Shown here: piece by piece, positions 9,056-19,634 of the stretch
Position numbering within the stretch: position 1 is the first letter of the stretch
Layout of the letters: every line of letters begins with the position of its first letter
DNA from: an uncultured Bacteroidales bacterium
GTDB taxonomy: Bacteria > Bacteroidota > Bacteroidia > Bacteroidales > VadinHA17
NCBI GenBank assembly: GCA_963725785.1
Contig: CAVRZV010000016.1
Location: 251,171-315,170 of the forward strand
Length of the DNA: 64,000 nucleotides
Direction of reading: 5' to 3'
Notes under the pieces: model-generated
The model's input: the letters and a program-made list of their open reading frames with translations, nothing else
The model's database searches: none
What the model was told of the DNA's origin: nothing
Translations under genes and position numbers: made by a program

Positions 9056-10051
9056 TCAGCGCAGGTACCAGACCTGTATAATCAGAATAAGTATAAGCAA
9101 CAGGGAAAAGAAGATTTCGGGTATAAGTTTCTTCTTACTAAACACGAAATAGTGTGTCCAGAAATAGCTCACGGGGATACCAGCTATCCATATTATTTCT
9201 ACTGAAACCGAAGGCACAACACAATAGACTACAACTGTAATCACAAATAACCAGAGAAGCAAAGAAAATGTTTTGCGTGATCTGATCTTTTTTGTATTAA
9301 CCAGCCGGAGCAGATAAACAATGCTTACCAGTGTGCTTGAACCTGCAAGGATAAGAGCAATTATTGATAAAGAGGTAAATGAAAAACCTGCCTGATCCCC
9401 AAAAATATTGTACAGCATGAGTGCTGAAAGATCCTTCAGATCTTTTCCAGACAGATAGTATATTCCGAATGTAAGAATAAACGGCGTCACTAACCCGATA
9501 ACGGAAATAACAAGTTCTTTAATAATCGCTGTTCTGAGTAATAAAATCCCTATAATGACCAGTAATCCGAACCAGATAAGATTAGCATAAAAAAGGCTTC
9601 CTGTGCCAATAAGTAATCCGGCATCGAAAAAGCTGTAAGCTGTTCCCTGAACCTGATAAGAATCAACTATCCGTCTGATTGCCAACATCAAAAATATTGC
9701 AGAAAATATTGCAGGGTTCAACAACTGATATTGTGGTAAAAGTCCGCTTATCAGAATGTAAAATAAAGCCGGGAGAAAAGTTCTTTCATTAATAAAAAAG
9801 ATATTGGTATTCAGATTTACCATTTGAAAAGCCATCACCGAAACCAACAGTAATGAGAAAATTACTCCGGGGAATGGATTGGTCCCGATCAGATCTGAAA
9901 GAATACCATAAAGAGGCATTGGATCCAGATCAAAGTACAAAAAGAAATGACCTTTCAGACGGATAAATGCGCTGGCCCATACTACTAAAAGAGTAACACT
10001 AATCAGAAATATGGTGCCCGGCCCGGTCCCTTTAAATTGTCTTAAAAGCAT
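9056..10051 (-). CDS. polytopic membrane protein, unknown function
   Basis: 331 aa, hydrophobic throughout, with about 8 or more predicted TM segments. Confidence 0.6.
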   Translation of the reverse strand: MLLRQFKGTGPGTIFLISVTLLVVWASAFIRLKGHFFLYFDLDPMPLYGILSDLIGTNPFPGVIFSLLLVSVMAFQMVNLNTNIFFINERTFLPALFYILISGLLPQYQLLNPAIFSAIFLMLAIRRIVDSYQVQGTAYSFFDAGLLIGTGSLFYANLIWFGLLVIIGILLLRTAIIKELVISVIGLVTPFILTFGIYYLSGKDLKDLSALMLYNIFGDQAGFSFTSLSIIALILAGSSTLVSIVYLLRLVNTKKIRSRKTFSLLLWLFVITVVVYCVVPSVSVEIIWIAGIPVSYFWTHYFVFSKKKLIPEIFFSLLLILILIIQVWYLR

Positions 10052-10056
10052 TTATC

Positions 10057-11325
10057 CTATAAATCAAATCCAATATCGGTTCTGTAATATTTCCCTTCGA
10101 ATTTTAACAAATCAGCATTCAGGTAAGAAGTATTAAGTGCCTCCCTCATTTTGGTTCCCCATGAGGTTACGGCAAGGACACGTCCTCCTGAGGTAACGAT
10201 TTTATCAGCTTCATTCTTTGTGCCGGCATGAAATACTACGCTTTCACTTGTATGATCCAGTCCTCTAATAGGTTTACCTTTTTCATAACTACCCGGATAA
10301 CCTCCTGAAACCAGCATTACGGTAGTGACAAATCGTTTATCAATCTCTAATTTTCTTTCAGCAAGATCTCCGTTAGCTACTCCTTCGATCAGATCGAAGA
10401 AATCAGACTTAATTCTTGGAATTATAACCTCAGATTCGGGATCTCCCAGCCGGGTATTATATTCAATTACATATGGATCACCATTAACGTTAATCAACCC
10501 GAAAAAAATAAATCCCTTATAAACTATCCCGTCTTCCGAAAGTCCCGTGATAGTGGGGTCGATTATCCTATTCTTCACTTTATCCATGAATAAATGGTCT
10601 GCAAAAGGTACAGGTGATACAGCTCCCATTCCCCCGGTATTGAGACCTGTATCTCCGGCTCCTATCCTTTTGTAGTCCTTCGCCTCCGGCAATAATTTAT
10701 ATGTAAAACCATCAGTAATAATAAATACCGATAGTTCTATTCCTTTCATAAACTGTTCAATAACAACCTTTTGTCCTGCAGTACCGAACTTTCCGTTCAA
10801 CATCGCTGCAACCTCTTGTTCAGCTTCATTAATGTCATCAATTATCACTACTCCTTTACCCGCTGCAAGACCATCTGCTTTAATTACAAAGGGAGGACTA
10901 AGAGTTTTTAAGAAAGAGAAAACCTCTTTTTGTGTCGTTTTGTCAAAACTTTTGTAATGTGATGTTGGAATTTTATGCCTTATGAGAAAAGCCTTTGCAA
11001 AATCTTTGCTAGCCTCCAGCCGGGAAGCAGATTTATCCGGACCGATCAAAGGTATGTCTTTTAGTGATTCGTCATTCAGAAAAAAATCAACTATCCCCAT
11101 TGCAAGGGGACCTTCGGGCCCAACTATTACAAGATTAATTTTGTTTTCTAATACAGCTCTCTTTACCTCGGGGAAATTTTCAGGATCCAGATTCAGGTTT
11201 GTTCCATGTTTCAGAGTCCCGGCGTTTCCCGGTCCAATGTAAATTTTACTGACTTTTTTGCTTTGAGCAAGCTTCCAGGCAAGAGCATGTTCTCTGCCAC
11301 CAGACCCCAGAATGAGAATATTCAT
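10057..11325 (-). CDS. purD: phosphoribosylamine--glycine ligase
   Basis: 422 aa. It reads MNILILGSGGREHALAWKL... and has the ATP-grasp fold and the conserved EYNTRLGDPE motif. Confidence 0.95.
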   Translation of the reverse strand: MNILILGSGGREHALAWKLAQSKKVSKIYIGPGNAGTLKHGTNLNLDPENFPEVKRAVLENKINLVIVGPEGPLAMGIVDFFLNDESLKDIPLIGPDKSASRLEASKDFAKAFLIRHKIPTSHYKSFDKTTQKEVFSFLKTLSPPFVIKADGLAAGKGVVIIDDINEAEQEVAAMLNGKFGTAGQKVVIEQFMKGIELSVFIITDGFTYKLLPEAKDYKRIGAGDTGLNTGGMGAVSPVPFADHLFMDKVKNRIIDPTITGLSEDGIVYKGFIFFGLINVNGDPYVIEYNTRLGDPESEVIIPRIKSDFFDLIEGVANGDLAERKLEIDKRFVTTVMLVSGGYPGSYEKGKPIRGLDHTSESVVFHAGTKNEADKIVTSGGRVLAVTSWGTKMREALNTSYLNADLLKFEGKYYRTDIGFDL

Positions 11326-11399
11326 TATTCAGAAAATATTTTATCATTTCAAAAGTAACATTTCATTCTGATAAACAAAATCGATATACTTGAAAACCC

Positions 11400-12266
11400 T
11401 TAGCTCCCATCGATTGTCTGACAGTATTTTGAAAATGTCTGCATAACAGAGTTTACATAGGTTTTTGAAACAGGAATATCTGTTACGGAAGGATTATCAA
11501 ATTCCAGTTTCAAACCGTCTTTATCCTTTCTTACAACTTTAACTTTTTCAAAATTAACCATATATGATCTGTGGCATCTGACAATCTCAGTCCCGGAGAA
11601 GGTCTCTTCAATTTTTTTGAGGGTATCCCGGAGCAGGTATTTTGATACTTTTCCTTTATTAAGATAGCATATGTTCACATAATTTTCAGCAGATTCGAGA
11701 TAAAGAAGATTCTCTTTCTTAATTGAAAATTTTAATATCCCTTTATCGTCATAAAAGGGTATCATGTTTCTTGTGCTATCAGATAAAGGTTGAAAATCGG
11801 CCAGACGTTTGATTTGTTCTTTTTTATCCTGCCATGAGAAATAAAGCCATAGAATTGAGTATGGCAACAGAAGAACCAGGGCAGTATTCCGTGAGGAATT
11901 CTTCATAAGAACCGCAAAATAACGGGTGTCTTTGAGAATTAGTTTTTCGAACAAGGTATATGCCAGCGCCATAAATAGTATTTCGGCAAGAATCCAGACC
12001 AGATATTGCCATATAATAATGGTATATCTTTTACTGACCTGATACATAATAATCCGGCTTAAAACAACGACCAGCACTCCAACAAGAATCGTAAGACTTG
12101 AATATGTAAAAAACTCAAGTCGCGTCAGATTGTACCACCTGTCAGCACCAAACGGAGAGTAGGCATTTATAAAAACCAACGCAAAGAGTGAGGTAAAAAG
12201 TACCAGACGTACAATGTTTTGCTTTTCATTCAGATATGGAGGTATCGGTTTTTGGAAGTCGATCAT
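11400..12266 (-). CDS. membrane-anchored LytTR domain protein
   Basis: Four TM helices at the N-terminus and a C-terminal LytTR-like domain (ENYVNICY...VRCHRSYMVN). Confidence 0.7.
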   Translation of the reverse strand: MIDFQKPIPPYLNEKQNIVRLVLFTSLFALVFINAYSPFGADRWYNLTRLEFFTYSSLTILVGVLVVVLSRIIMYQVSKRYTIIIWQYLVWILAEILFMALAYTLFEKLILKDTRYFAVLMKNSSRNTALVLLLPYSILWLYFSWQDKKEQIKRLADFQPLSDSTRNMIPFYDDKGILKFSIKKENLLYLESAENYVNICYLNKGKVSKYLLRDTLKKIEETFSGTEIVRCHRSYMVNFEKVKVVRKDKDGLKLEFDNPSVTDIPVSKTYVNSVMQTFSKYCQTIDGS

Positions 12267-12486
12267 CGAGACTCTTTTAGCTACGGCAAAATTAAGTATT
12301 TTCTTACTTTAAATCCATCTGAAATGAACTCAGAGCATTATTCTGATCAAAATTTGGTCACAAATAATTGAATTACATCCCATATTTTAAATTTTAATCA
12401 CTTCAAGCCTTAGACCGACACAAAAATTTGTACGCTCTGCATCCCTCAACTTCCTTTGTACACAATATAGTATTTATATTAAGCCG

Positions 12487-13614
12487 ATGGAGTATACAAA
12501 GACATTTAATGAGCTTAAAACAATCTTCAAAAATGAGAATAAAAAGATGGTTATTCCGGATTCAGATATTGAAATTCATACCATAGGATTCAATTCGGAT
12601 ATTCCAAAATATGATTTTTCAAATATCAACGATACCCTGATTCCTGAAAACCAGACCTTTTCATATCCGGTATTTTCTCCCCGGAATGTTAAAAGCAACA
12701 AAGTAATTCTGTTACTTCATGGGCTTAATGAGAGAAGTTGGGTAAAGTATCTGGTATGGGCTTATTATCTTGCACAGTATACCGACAGCTTTGTCGTTCT
12801 TTTTCCGATCTCATTTCATATTAACAGGTCTCCATCAGTTTGGAAAGATCCACGTACAATGATAAATTTCATGAAAGACCGGAATTCTTCTATCGGGGAA
12901 ATAAATATGTCGAGTTTTGCCAATATAGCTATCAGCAGCCGTCTGACCGAAGATCCCGGGCGGTTTTTCAAGTCAGGTTATCAGACAACAACTGACATAG
13001 TAAAACTTCTATCAGGTATCAGAGATGGGGAGCATGAAATTATCCCCCGGACCAGTAATATCAATATTTTTGCCTATTCAATTGGCGCTTTTCTGGCTGA
13101 AATTATTTTAATGGGAAATCCCGAGAATCTGCTGACCGGTTCCAGGCTTTTTATTTTCTGCGGAGGATCGGTCTTCAGCAATATGCATGGTTCTTCTAAA
13201 TTGATAATGGATAGTCTTGCATTCGACAGGGTATATAAATATTACCTTAATGATTTTGAAAAAACTCTCACTGGTAAAAGTCCTCTGGTAGAATTTCTGC
13301 GTTCGAGTCAGATCGGAATGGCATTCAGGTCAATGATCGATCTTGGAAGACTTAAAACATTCAGGGAGAATATTTTAGAAAAATTACAGGATCAGATTCA
13401 TACAGTAACATTATTGAAAGATGCTGTAATACCCAGTAAAGGAGTAATATCAACACTCGGCAACTTAAACAAAAGGAACATCGTTGATGTATGGGATTTC
13501 CCATATGAATATACTCACGAAAATCCTTTTCCGGTTCTTGATTTTCCGGTTTCAAAAAAAGTCGATTACTGGTTTGAAAAAGTGTTCGCAGAAGCGGCAG
13601 CTTTCCTGGTCTAA
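12487..13614 (+). CDS. alpha/beta-hydrolase-fold protein, unknown function
   Basis: 375 aa with LLLHGLNE and a nucleophile-elbow-like AYSIGAF. Confidence 0.5.
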   Translation: MEYTKTFNELKTIFKNENKKMVIPDSDIEIHTIGFNSDIPKYDFSNINDTLIPENQTFSYPVFSPRNVKSNKVILLLHGLNERSWVKYLVWAYYLAQYTDSFVVLFPISFHINRSPSVWKDPRTMINFMKDRNSSIGEINMSSFANIAISSRLTEDPGRFFKSGYQTTTDIVKLLSGIRDGEHEIIPRTSNINIFAYSIGAFLAEIILMGNPENLLTGSRLFIFCGGSVFSNMHGSSKLIMDSLAFDRVYKYYLNDFEKTLTGKSPLVEFLRSSQIGMAFRSMIDLGRLKTFRENILEKLQDQIHTVTLLKDAVIPSKGVISTLGNLNKRNIVDVWDFPYEYTHENPFPVLDFPVSKKVDYWFEKVFAEAAAFLV

Positions 13615-14222
13615 TATCTTACATCCAGCAATTCAAATCGATAACCGGAACTGATTGATGAGGATATAAATTCATCTATAATAACATTAGCACAGCTTGA
13701 TTCTTTGTCATGCAATACAATGATTGATCCTGGTCTTTTTCTTTTTTTTAGAACATTAAGTGATTTCGTACTCCCGAATGTGACATCAAAATCAAAAGCC
13801 ATAATGTCCCAGAATACTATTTTATATGATTTCAGCAGTCGTTGTTGTTTAGTTGAAAGTCTTCCATACGGAGGACGGAATATCCTGTCAGATGTAAATT
13901 CAGAGGCCCTCGTTACATCACTAATATATTTATCAGGATCGGTATGCCATCCATCAAGATGACTGTAGCCATGATTACCAATAAGATGGCCTTCTTTTCT
14001 GATCTGAATAATAAGATCAGGAAATTTTTCAGCAGATCGACCATCGCAAAAAAACAATGCTTTGATATCGTGCATTTTAAGAATACTCAGCAATCGTGGA
14101 GTAGAGATGGGATCGGGACCGTCATCAAAAGTCAGATAAAGCACTTTAGAAGAGGTTTTTACCCTGAAAATTGCTTCAGGGTAAAACCATCCTGCTAAAA
14201 AAACGGGCCTGAAAAGCCGCAT
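13611..14222 (-). CDS. polysaccharide deacetylase (NodB homology)
   Basis: It has the TFDDGPDP motif and HGYSH, as in the NodB/CE4 family. Confidence 0.8.
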   Translation of the reverse strand: MRLFRPVFLAGWFYPEAIFRVKTSSKVLYLTFDDGPDPISTPRLLSILKMHDIKALFFCDGRSAEKFPDLIIQIRKEGHLIGNHGYSHLDGWHTDPDKYISDVTRASEFTSDRIFRPPYGRLSTKQQRLLKSYKIVFWDIMAFDFDVTFGSTKSLNVLKKRKRPGSIIVLHDKESSCANVIIDEFISSSISSGYRFELLDVRY

Positions 14223-14228
14223 AAGAAT

Positions 14229-17200
14229 TTATTTTGCCGAGTAAAGCTTACCGTAATAATTATTTATCAATGGTTCGATAGTTGTTGTTATAGAATCCAA
14301 TTTCAATCTTATCGAAAGATTATAAATATCAAGCAATCCCTGCATGTTAATCCCTTCAGTGTATTCCAGACCATATCTCTCTTCAGGCCTTAAACTGATT
14401 GCATAATCAAGATATTCTTTTGAATAATTTATGATATCGTTGATTAACTTTTTCCCTTCATCCGTCTTTCCAGCCCTGATAAGAACTTCTGCAAGGCTGA
14501 TGGTAAAAAAGTCGTATGGCATTTTTTGGGCAGGAACAAGATCGAGTCCCCGGTGAGCCGCCTCGACAGCTTTTATTGTATCTCCCCTCAGAACCAACTC
14601 CTTACCAAGGGATCCGAAAATTCTCCTGAAATTGCAAAACATTCGTTTGTTGTTTTCATCGAGATATACAGAAGGATCACTTGCATTCCCCCATTTGAAC
14701 TTGTTCATCATATTGTCGTACATTACAATGGGATCGATCATTCCGAATTCCCCCTGTTCAGGTTTATCAGTCTTTACAGGAGCAACTCTGTAAGCAAGGC
14801 CTTCCTCAATAAAGTACTTCTCAAGTCCCTTATATTGAGTTGAAGGAACCGTAGTAGAAAAGTATATAGGTCTTTCCCATTTATTTGTGGAGATCAGGTC
14901 CATAATCGCAAGGTCACCTTTAAAAGCATCAGCCTCGGAATACTCCCAAATCATTGGGGAAACCAATCTGTTTCTATAGTAGTCCTTTACTGTTCCGTTT
15001 GAAAGCACTTTAGAGGAATCTACATCAATAATGAATTTATTTGCCGGAATATAGTTCATATAATCGCCCCGTCCGCTAAGATCAATCTTATATTTACTAT
15101 CATCATTACCCACAAACTGGACAATATCTTTCAGATTAACAGGTTTTTCGACCCTGTTGTTTACAGGTAGCTGTTCTCTCACACCCTCAACGTATTTATC
15201 CTCCGGAAGAGTAAATGGCAGTGGATCGGACCCATATGCTTTCTGTCTCATCATATCGATGTACCAGCCGGCTTGTATGTAACTCAGGTTCGCGACACGG
15301 ATATCAGTTCCCACTTTTTCAACATCCTGATTATACCATACAGGGAATGAATCGTTATCCCCGTAAGTGAATAAGATACCGCCCGGTGCACAGGATTTCA
15401 GATAATTTGCGCCAATATCCCGAGCAGTGTACCGGCCAGAACGATTGTGGTCGTCCCAATTCTGAGCACCCATTAAAACGGGGACAGCAGCAATAAGAAC
15501 CAAAAAAGTAACAGCCAATGATCCTTTATTTCCAAGTAACTTCTGAAGGCTCTCATAAACAAACATAAATCCTATTCCGATCCACACTGCAAAGGCATAA
15601 AATGATCCAACATATGCATAATCGCGTTCCCTCGGCTGATTAGGATACTGATTAAGATAAAAAATAATTGCGAGTCCTGTCATTATGAAAAATGCAAGCA
15701 CAAGCCAGAATCCATTTCTGTTTCTCCTGTATTGCCAGTACATACCTGCCAGTCCGATCAGCAGCGGAAGAAAATAATATTTATTGTTACCCGGATTGGT
15801 TTTCAGATCACCGGGAAGATTATCAAGCTTTCCCAGTCGTGCTTCATCTATAAATTTAATACCACTTATCCAGTTGCCATGAATGGGATTCCCGTTACCC
15901 TGAACGTCATTTTGCCGGCCTGCGAAATTCCACATAAAGTATCTCATGTACATAAATCCAATCTGGTAGCGAAAGAAATAGCGGAGATTTTCACTAAAAG
16001 TCGGACAAACAATAGCCTCTTTATCGGAACCGGAATTTACCCTGTATTTTCTGCCAACAATCTTTCCCCAGTATTTATAGGCACTCTCGTGGTCAGGATC
16101 TTCACTGTACATGCGCGGAAAGAATGTTTCAAACTGTTTATCGTATGTATATTCCGACTGGTAATACGGTTTATACTTTCCATCCAGTTTATTATATCCG
16201 GCAATTACTCTTTTTACGTCTATTTTAGGAGCACTGTAGTAGTTTCCAAAGAATTTTGGAGCACTTCCATATTGCTTCATATTAATGTAATACGACAATG
16301 AGAAAACATCAGAAGGATTATTCTGGTTCATCGGTGGCCTGGCAGATGATCTGATCATTATCATTGCATAGGATGAATAGCCGATCATTATCACAGTCAG
16401 TGAGGTCATGATAAAATTCAGAATTATCCTTTTATGTATTAAAGAGTAATAGATCCCATAAGCCATGCCTCCAAAAAGAATTACTATATAGAACAGAAGT
16501 CCGCTGTTATAAGGTAAGCCCAGAACATTTACAAATAACAGTTCAAACCATCCGGCTACCTGAGGAATTCCCGGCATCAAAACAAAAACCATCAGCCATA
16601 GAAGCAAAAGTGCAACCAAAACGGTTTTTATCACTCCTCTGGTTGTAATTTCATATTTCTTGAAATAGTATACAAAAACAAGAACCGGAATAATGAGAAG
16701 GTTAAGACGATGAACACCGAGACCAAGTCCCATGATATAAGCAATCAATATTATCCATCTTCCGGAATACGTTTCATCAGCTTCTTCTTCCCACTTCAGC
16801 ATTCCCCAGAAGACGAGAGCAATTATGAGTGAAGAGAGGGCATACAATTCACCTTCAACGGCAGAAAACCAGAATGTATCTGAAAATGTGAATGCGAGGG
16901 CTCCCAACACACCGCTGCATATTATTGCGGGAACATGTGTTGATTCAAGAGTTTTCCCATTCACGAATACTTTTCGTACAAGGTGGGTAATTGTCCAGAA
17001 AAGGAACATAACAGCAAAACCGCTGCACAAGGCTGACAAAGTATTTACCGTTACGGCAACTTTAGTGGTGTCGCTTCCCGCAAAAAGCGTGGCAACTCGT
17101 CCCATCATCAGAAACAGTGGAGCGCCGGGAGGGTGACCGACCTGCAGTTTAAAAGCAGATAGAATGAATTCACCACAGTCCCAGAAGCTAACTGTTGGTT

Positions 17201-17294
17201 CAAGAGTCAATAAATAGACTATAGTTGAAACGATAAATACAAACCATCCTGTATAATTATTCCAGCGACGGTAATTGCCCCATACTGAATCCAT
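14229..17294 (-). CDS. large membrane protein, DUF2723-like (glycosyltransferase-fold candidate)
   Basis: 1021 aa with a polytopic N-terminal half and a large soluble C-terminal half. It resembles Bacteroidota DUF2723 proteins. Confidence 0.7.
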   Translation of the reverse strand: MDSVWGNYRRWNNYTGWFVFIVSTIVYLLTLEPTVSFWDCGEFILSAFKLQVGHPPGAPLFLMMGRVATLFAGSDTTKVAVTVNTLSALCSGFAVMFLFWTITHLVRKVFVNGKTLESTHVPAIICSGVLGALAFTFSDTFWFSAVEGELYALSSLIIALVFWGMLKWEEEADETYSGRWIILIAYIMGLGLGVHRLNLLIIPVLVFVYYFKKYEITTRGVIKTVLVALLLLWLMVFVLMPGIPQVAGWFELLFVNVLGLPYNSGLLFYIVILFGGMAYGIYYSLIHKRIILNFIMTSLTVIMIGYSSYAMIMIRSSARPPMNQNNPSDVFSLSYYINMKQYGSAPKFFGNYYSAPKIDVKRVIAGYNKLDGKYKPYYQSEYTYDKQFETFFPRMYSEDPDHESAYKYWGKIVGRKYRVNSGSDKEAIVCPTFSENLRYFFRYQIGFMYMRYFMWNFAGRQNDVQGNGNPIHGNWISGIKFIDEARLGKLDNLPGDLKTNPGNNKYYFLPLLIGLAGMYWQYRRNRNGFWLVLAFFIMTGLAIIFYLNQYPNQPRERDYAYVGSFYAFAVWIGIGFMFVYESLQKLLGNKGSLAVTFLVLIAAVPVLMGAQNWDDHNRSGRYTARDIGANYLKSCAPGGILFTYGDNDSFPVWYNQDVEKVGTDIRVANLSYIQAGWYIDMMRQKAYGSDPLPFTLPEDKYVEGVREQLPVNNRVEKPVNLKDIVQFVGNDDSKYKIDLSGRGDYMNYIPANKFIIDVDSSKVLSNGTVKDYYRNRLVSPMIWEYSEADAFKGDLAIMDLISTNKWERPIYFSTTVPSTQYKGLEKYFIEEGLAYRVAPVKTDKPEQGEFGMIDPIVMYDNMMNKFKWGNASDPSVYLDENNKRMFCNFRRIFGSLGKELVLRGDTIKAVEAAHRGLDLVPAQKMPYDFFTISLAEVLIRAGKTDEGKKLINDIINYSKEYLDYAISLRPEERYGLEYTEGINMQGLLDIYNLSIRLKLDSITTTIEPLINNYYGKLYSAK

Positions 17295-17402
17295 AAAGGA
17301 ATTTTTTTGATTAATAGCTGAACAAAGAACGTAAAAAAAATTTATTTGACTTCAATTATGATTCTAATTAACATCTCTTTAACTCAGAACGATTTTTTTA
17401 TT

Positions 17403-17469
17403 GGACACGCCATGGCGTGTCCCTACATCCAATCCAAATGTAGATGTAGGGTCATGCCATGGCATGACC
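17403..17469. repeat. compound palindromic element with two CCATGG-centred 20-nt perfect palindromes
   Basis: ggacacgccatggcgtgtcc (17403-17422), ctacatc ... gatgtag, then ggtcatgccatggcatgacc (17450-17469). Each 20-mer is a perfect palindrome, and the whole unit is an imperfect 67-nt inverted repeat. Confidence 0.85.
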
Positions 17470-17480
17470 TCAAACTAATT

Positions 17481-17996
17481 CTATAAGAAGTATCTCCATG
17501 GCTTGTTCTTCCAGTATTCACCGGCATATTCAATACCAATCCTGGGGCCGCTTTTAACCCTGTGAATTAACCCCGGATCTTCTAACCAGATTCTTGCCGA
17601 GTTGACCAGATCTTCCCCATAAAATGTTTTATCTATTCCAAGCAATTTTGTCAATCTGCCGGGTCCGGGATAATTTTCAAGACCTCTTATCAGAACGGCC
17701 TGAGGATTGTTCTTTCCTCCCGTAACAATATTCAGCATCCAATACATCCCGTATATAAGATAGACATACAAACGGCCTCCTTCATGAAACATAATTTCAG
17801 TTCTGGCTGTTCTTCCCTTAAAAGCATGGCATGCCTTGTCCTCAGTCCCTCTGTAAGCTTCGACTTCAGTGACCCTGAGCCGGCTTAAAGAACCATCGCT
17901 CATTTTCACAACAATAATTTTACCGGGTAGCTCCGGTGCCACCTCAAGAACATCTCTTACATAAAAATCTCTTGATAATCTTTTCTGCGAATTCAT
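17481..17996 (-). CDS. mpg: DNA-3-methyladenine glycosylase (Mpg/AAG family)
   Basis: 171 aa with the family-typical VEAYRG...DKACHA...YVYLIYGMYWMLNIV. Confidence 0.85.
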   Translation of the reverse strand: MNSQKRLSRDFYVRDVLEVAPELPGKIIVVKMSDGSLSRLRVTEVEAYRGTEDKACHAFKGRTARTEIMFHEGGRLYVYLIYGMYWMLNIVTGGKNNPQAVLIRGLENYPGPGRLTKLLGIDKTFYGEDLVNSARIWLEDPGLIHRVKSGPRIGIEYAGEYWKNKPWRYFL

Positions 17997-17999
17997 TTA

Positions 18000-18470
18000 T
18001 CAATAAGGAATTTTGTTTTCAAATTCATCCCATTTTCTGAAGACCTCTTTACTTTCAGCCTCAGACAACTGTATAAATGAAATTTTTCTTTTTGAAGGAT
18101 CAAGCTTGATTTCTTTATAAATAAGTTTATCGCTGAAACCGGAATTTTCAGCATCGCTACGGTCGCATCCATAAACGACCTTCTTTATTCCCGCCCAGTA
18201 GATAGCTCCAAGGCACATTGGGCATGGTTCGCACGACGAATAGAGAGTACAATCATTTAATTCGTGAGATTCCAGAGATGAAGCAGCTTGTCTTATTGCA
18301 AGTATTTCTGCATGCGCAGTAGGATCGTTGTTCAAAGTTACCCTGTTATAAGCTTCTGAGATAATTTTATCATCCTTAACTATTACAGCCCCAAATGGCC
18401 CGCCACCATTTGAGATACCATTTGCTGCAATTTCATTTGCTTTCCGGAGAAAAAATTTGTCGTTTTCCAT
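18000..18470 (-). CDS. guaD: guanine deaminase (CDA-fold, GuaD-like)
   Basis: 156 aa. GGPFGAVIV, HAE and PCPMCLGAIYWA closely parallel Bacillus GuaD. Confidence 0.8.
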   Translation of the reverse strand: MENDKFFLRKANEIAANGISNGGGPFGAVIVKDDKIISEAYNRVTLNNDPTAHAEILAIRQAASSLESHELNDCTLYSSCEPCPMCLGAIYWAGIKKVVYGCDRSDAENSGFSDKLIYKEIKLDPSKRKISFIQLSEAESKEVFRKWDEFENKIPY

Positions 18471-18495
18471 AATAAGTGATCAATTCTTAAATGAT

Positions 18496-18575
18496 TTTCC
18501 CCCTTTCTTGTTTCCCCCAGGGGGGAAATGATTGTTTTAACTCCTTCCCCTTTGGGGGAAGGCCGGGAAGGGGGT
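18496..18575. repeat. C5/G5 palindrome cluster
   Basis: tttccccc-ag-gggggaaa (18511-18528) and ccttcccc-tttg-ggggaagg (18543-18562), flanked by ttttccccc ... gaagggggt. It lies in a divergent intergenic region. Confidence 0.65.
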
Positions 18576-18712
18576 TCTATATAAAAATATTATAGTTATA
18601 ATCTAGTTATTTACAAAGGCTCATATATATAATTGAGTTGTAAAATTAACCTAACTTTTGCATAACAAAAATAAAATCTCAACAGATTTCTTTTTTTTTA
18701 GGAAATATGTTG

Positions 18713-18720
18713 TATTTTTG
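18713..18720 (+). promoter_or_regulatory. putative Bacteroidetes -7 box (TAnnTTTG) for the rplM operon
   Basis: tatttttg lies about 65 nt upstream of the rplM start. Confidence 0.3.
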
Positions 18721-18784
18721 CAGACCCCAAAATAATGGGGTAATTGCATTAATATAAAGTATATCAATTAAAAAATAAGAACAA

Positions 18785-19228
18785 GTGAACACCTTAAGCT
18801 ATAAAACAGTTTCGGCAAATAAAGCTACTGTAAACAAGGAGTGGGTAATTATTGATGCTGAAGGCAAGGTTCTTGGAAGACTTGCTTCCGTTGTGGCCTC
18901 AATGCTCAGAGGAAAGCACAAAACCAACTTTACACCTCATGTTGATTGTGGTGACAATGTAATTGTTATCAATGCTGAAAAAATTGATTTAACCGGTGAA
19001 AAATGGTCAGATAAAGTTTATGTCCGCCATACAGGTTATCCGGGAGGTCAGAGGTTTACAACTGCTGAAGCACTGCTGAAAAAGAATCCTATAGGATTGG
19101 TTGAGAATGCTGTAAAAGGAATGTTACCAAAAAACAGACTTGGAAGTGCACTTTACAGAAATCTGCATGTTTATGCCGGAACCGTACATCCTCATGAAGC
19201 ACAGAAACCAAAAAAAATTGAACTTTAA
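18785..19228 (+). CDS. rplM: 50S ribosomal protein L13
   Basis: 147 aa with a GTG start. Reads [19 protein letters not shown].... Confidence 0.95.
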   Translation: MNTLSYKTVSANKATVNKEWVIIDAEGKVLGRLASVVASMLRGKHKTNFTPHVDCGDNVIVINAEKIDLTGEKWSDKVYVRHTGYPGGQRFTTAEALLKKNPIGLVENAVKGMLPKNRLGSALYRNLHVYAGTVHPHEAQKPKKIEL

Positions 19229-19247
19229 AATATATTAAGCAACAGAT

Positions 19248-19634
19248 ATGGAACCAATCAATGCTCTTGGAAGAAGGAAAGCAGCTGTAGCCCGGGTATA
19301 TTTAAGCGATGGCAAAGGAAAAATTACTGTTAACGGCAGGGATTATAAAGAATATTTTGGCGCTGAAACACTTCAGTATGTAGTGACCCAGCCTCTGGTT
19401 CTTTTAAATGCTGCTGACAAATATGATATCAATGTCAATCTTGATGGTGGTGGAGTAAAAGGACAGGCTGAAGCTCTTCGTCTTGGAATTACAAGAGCTC
19501 TTATTATGATTGATGCTGAATGCAAATCAGCACTTAAAGCAGAGGGATTTGTTACACGCGATCCGCGTGAGGTTGAAAGGAAAAAACCAGGCCAGCCAAA
19601 AGCCCGCAGGAGATTCCAGTTCAGTAAACGTTAG
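19248..19634 (+). CDS. rpsI: 30S ribosomal protein S9
   Basis: 128 aa, ending ...[23 protein letters not shown]. Confidence 0.95.
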   Translation: MEPINALGRRKAAVARVYLSDGKGKITVNGRDYKEYFGAETLQYVVTQPLVLLNAADKYDINVNLDGGGVKGQAEALRLGITRALIMIDAECKSALKAEGFVTRDPREVERKKPGQPKARRRFQFSKR

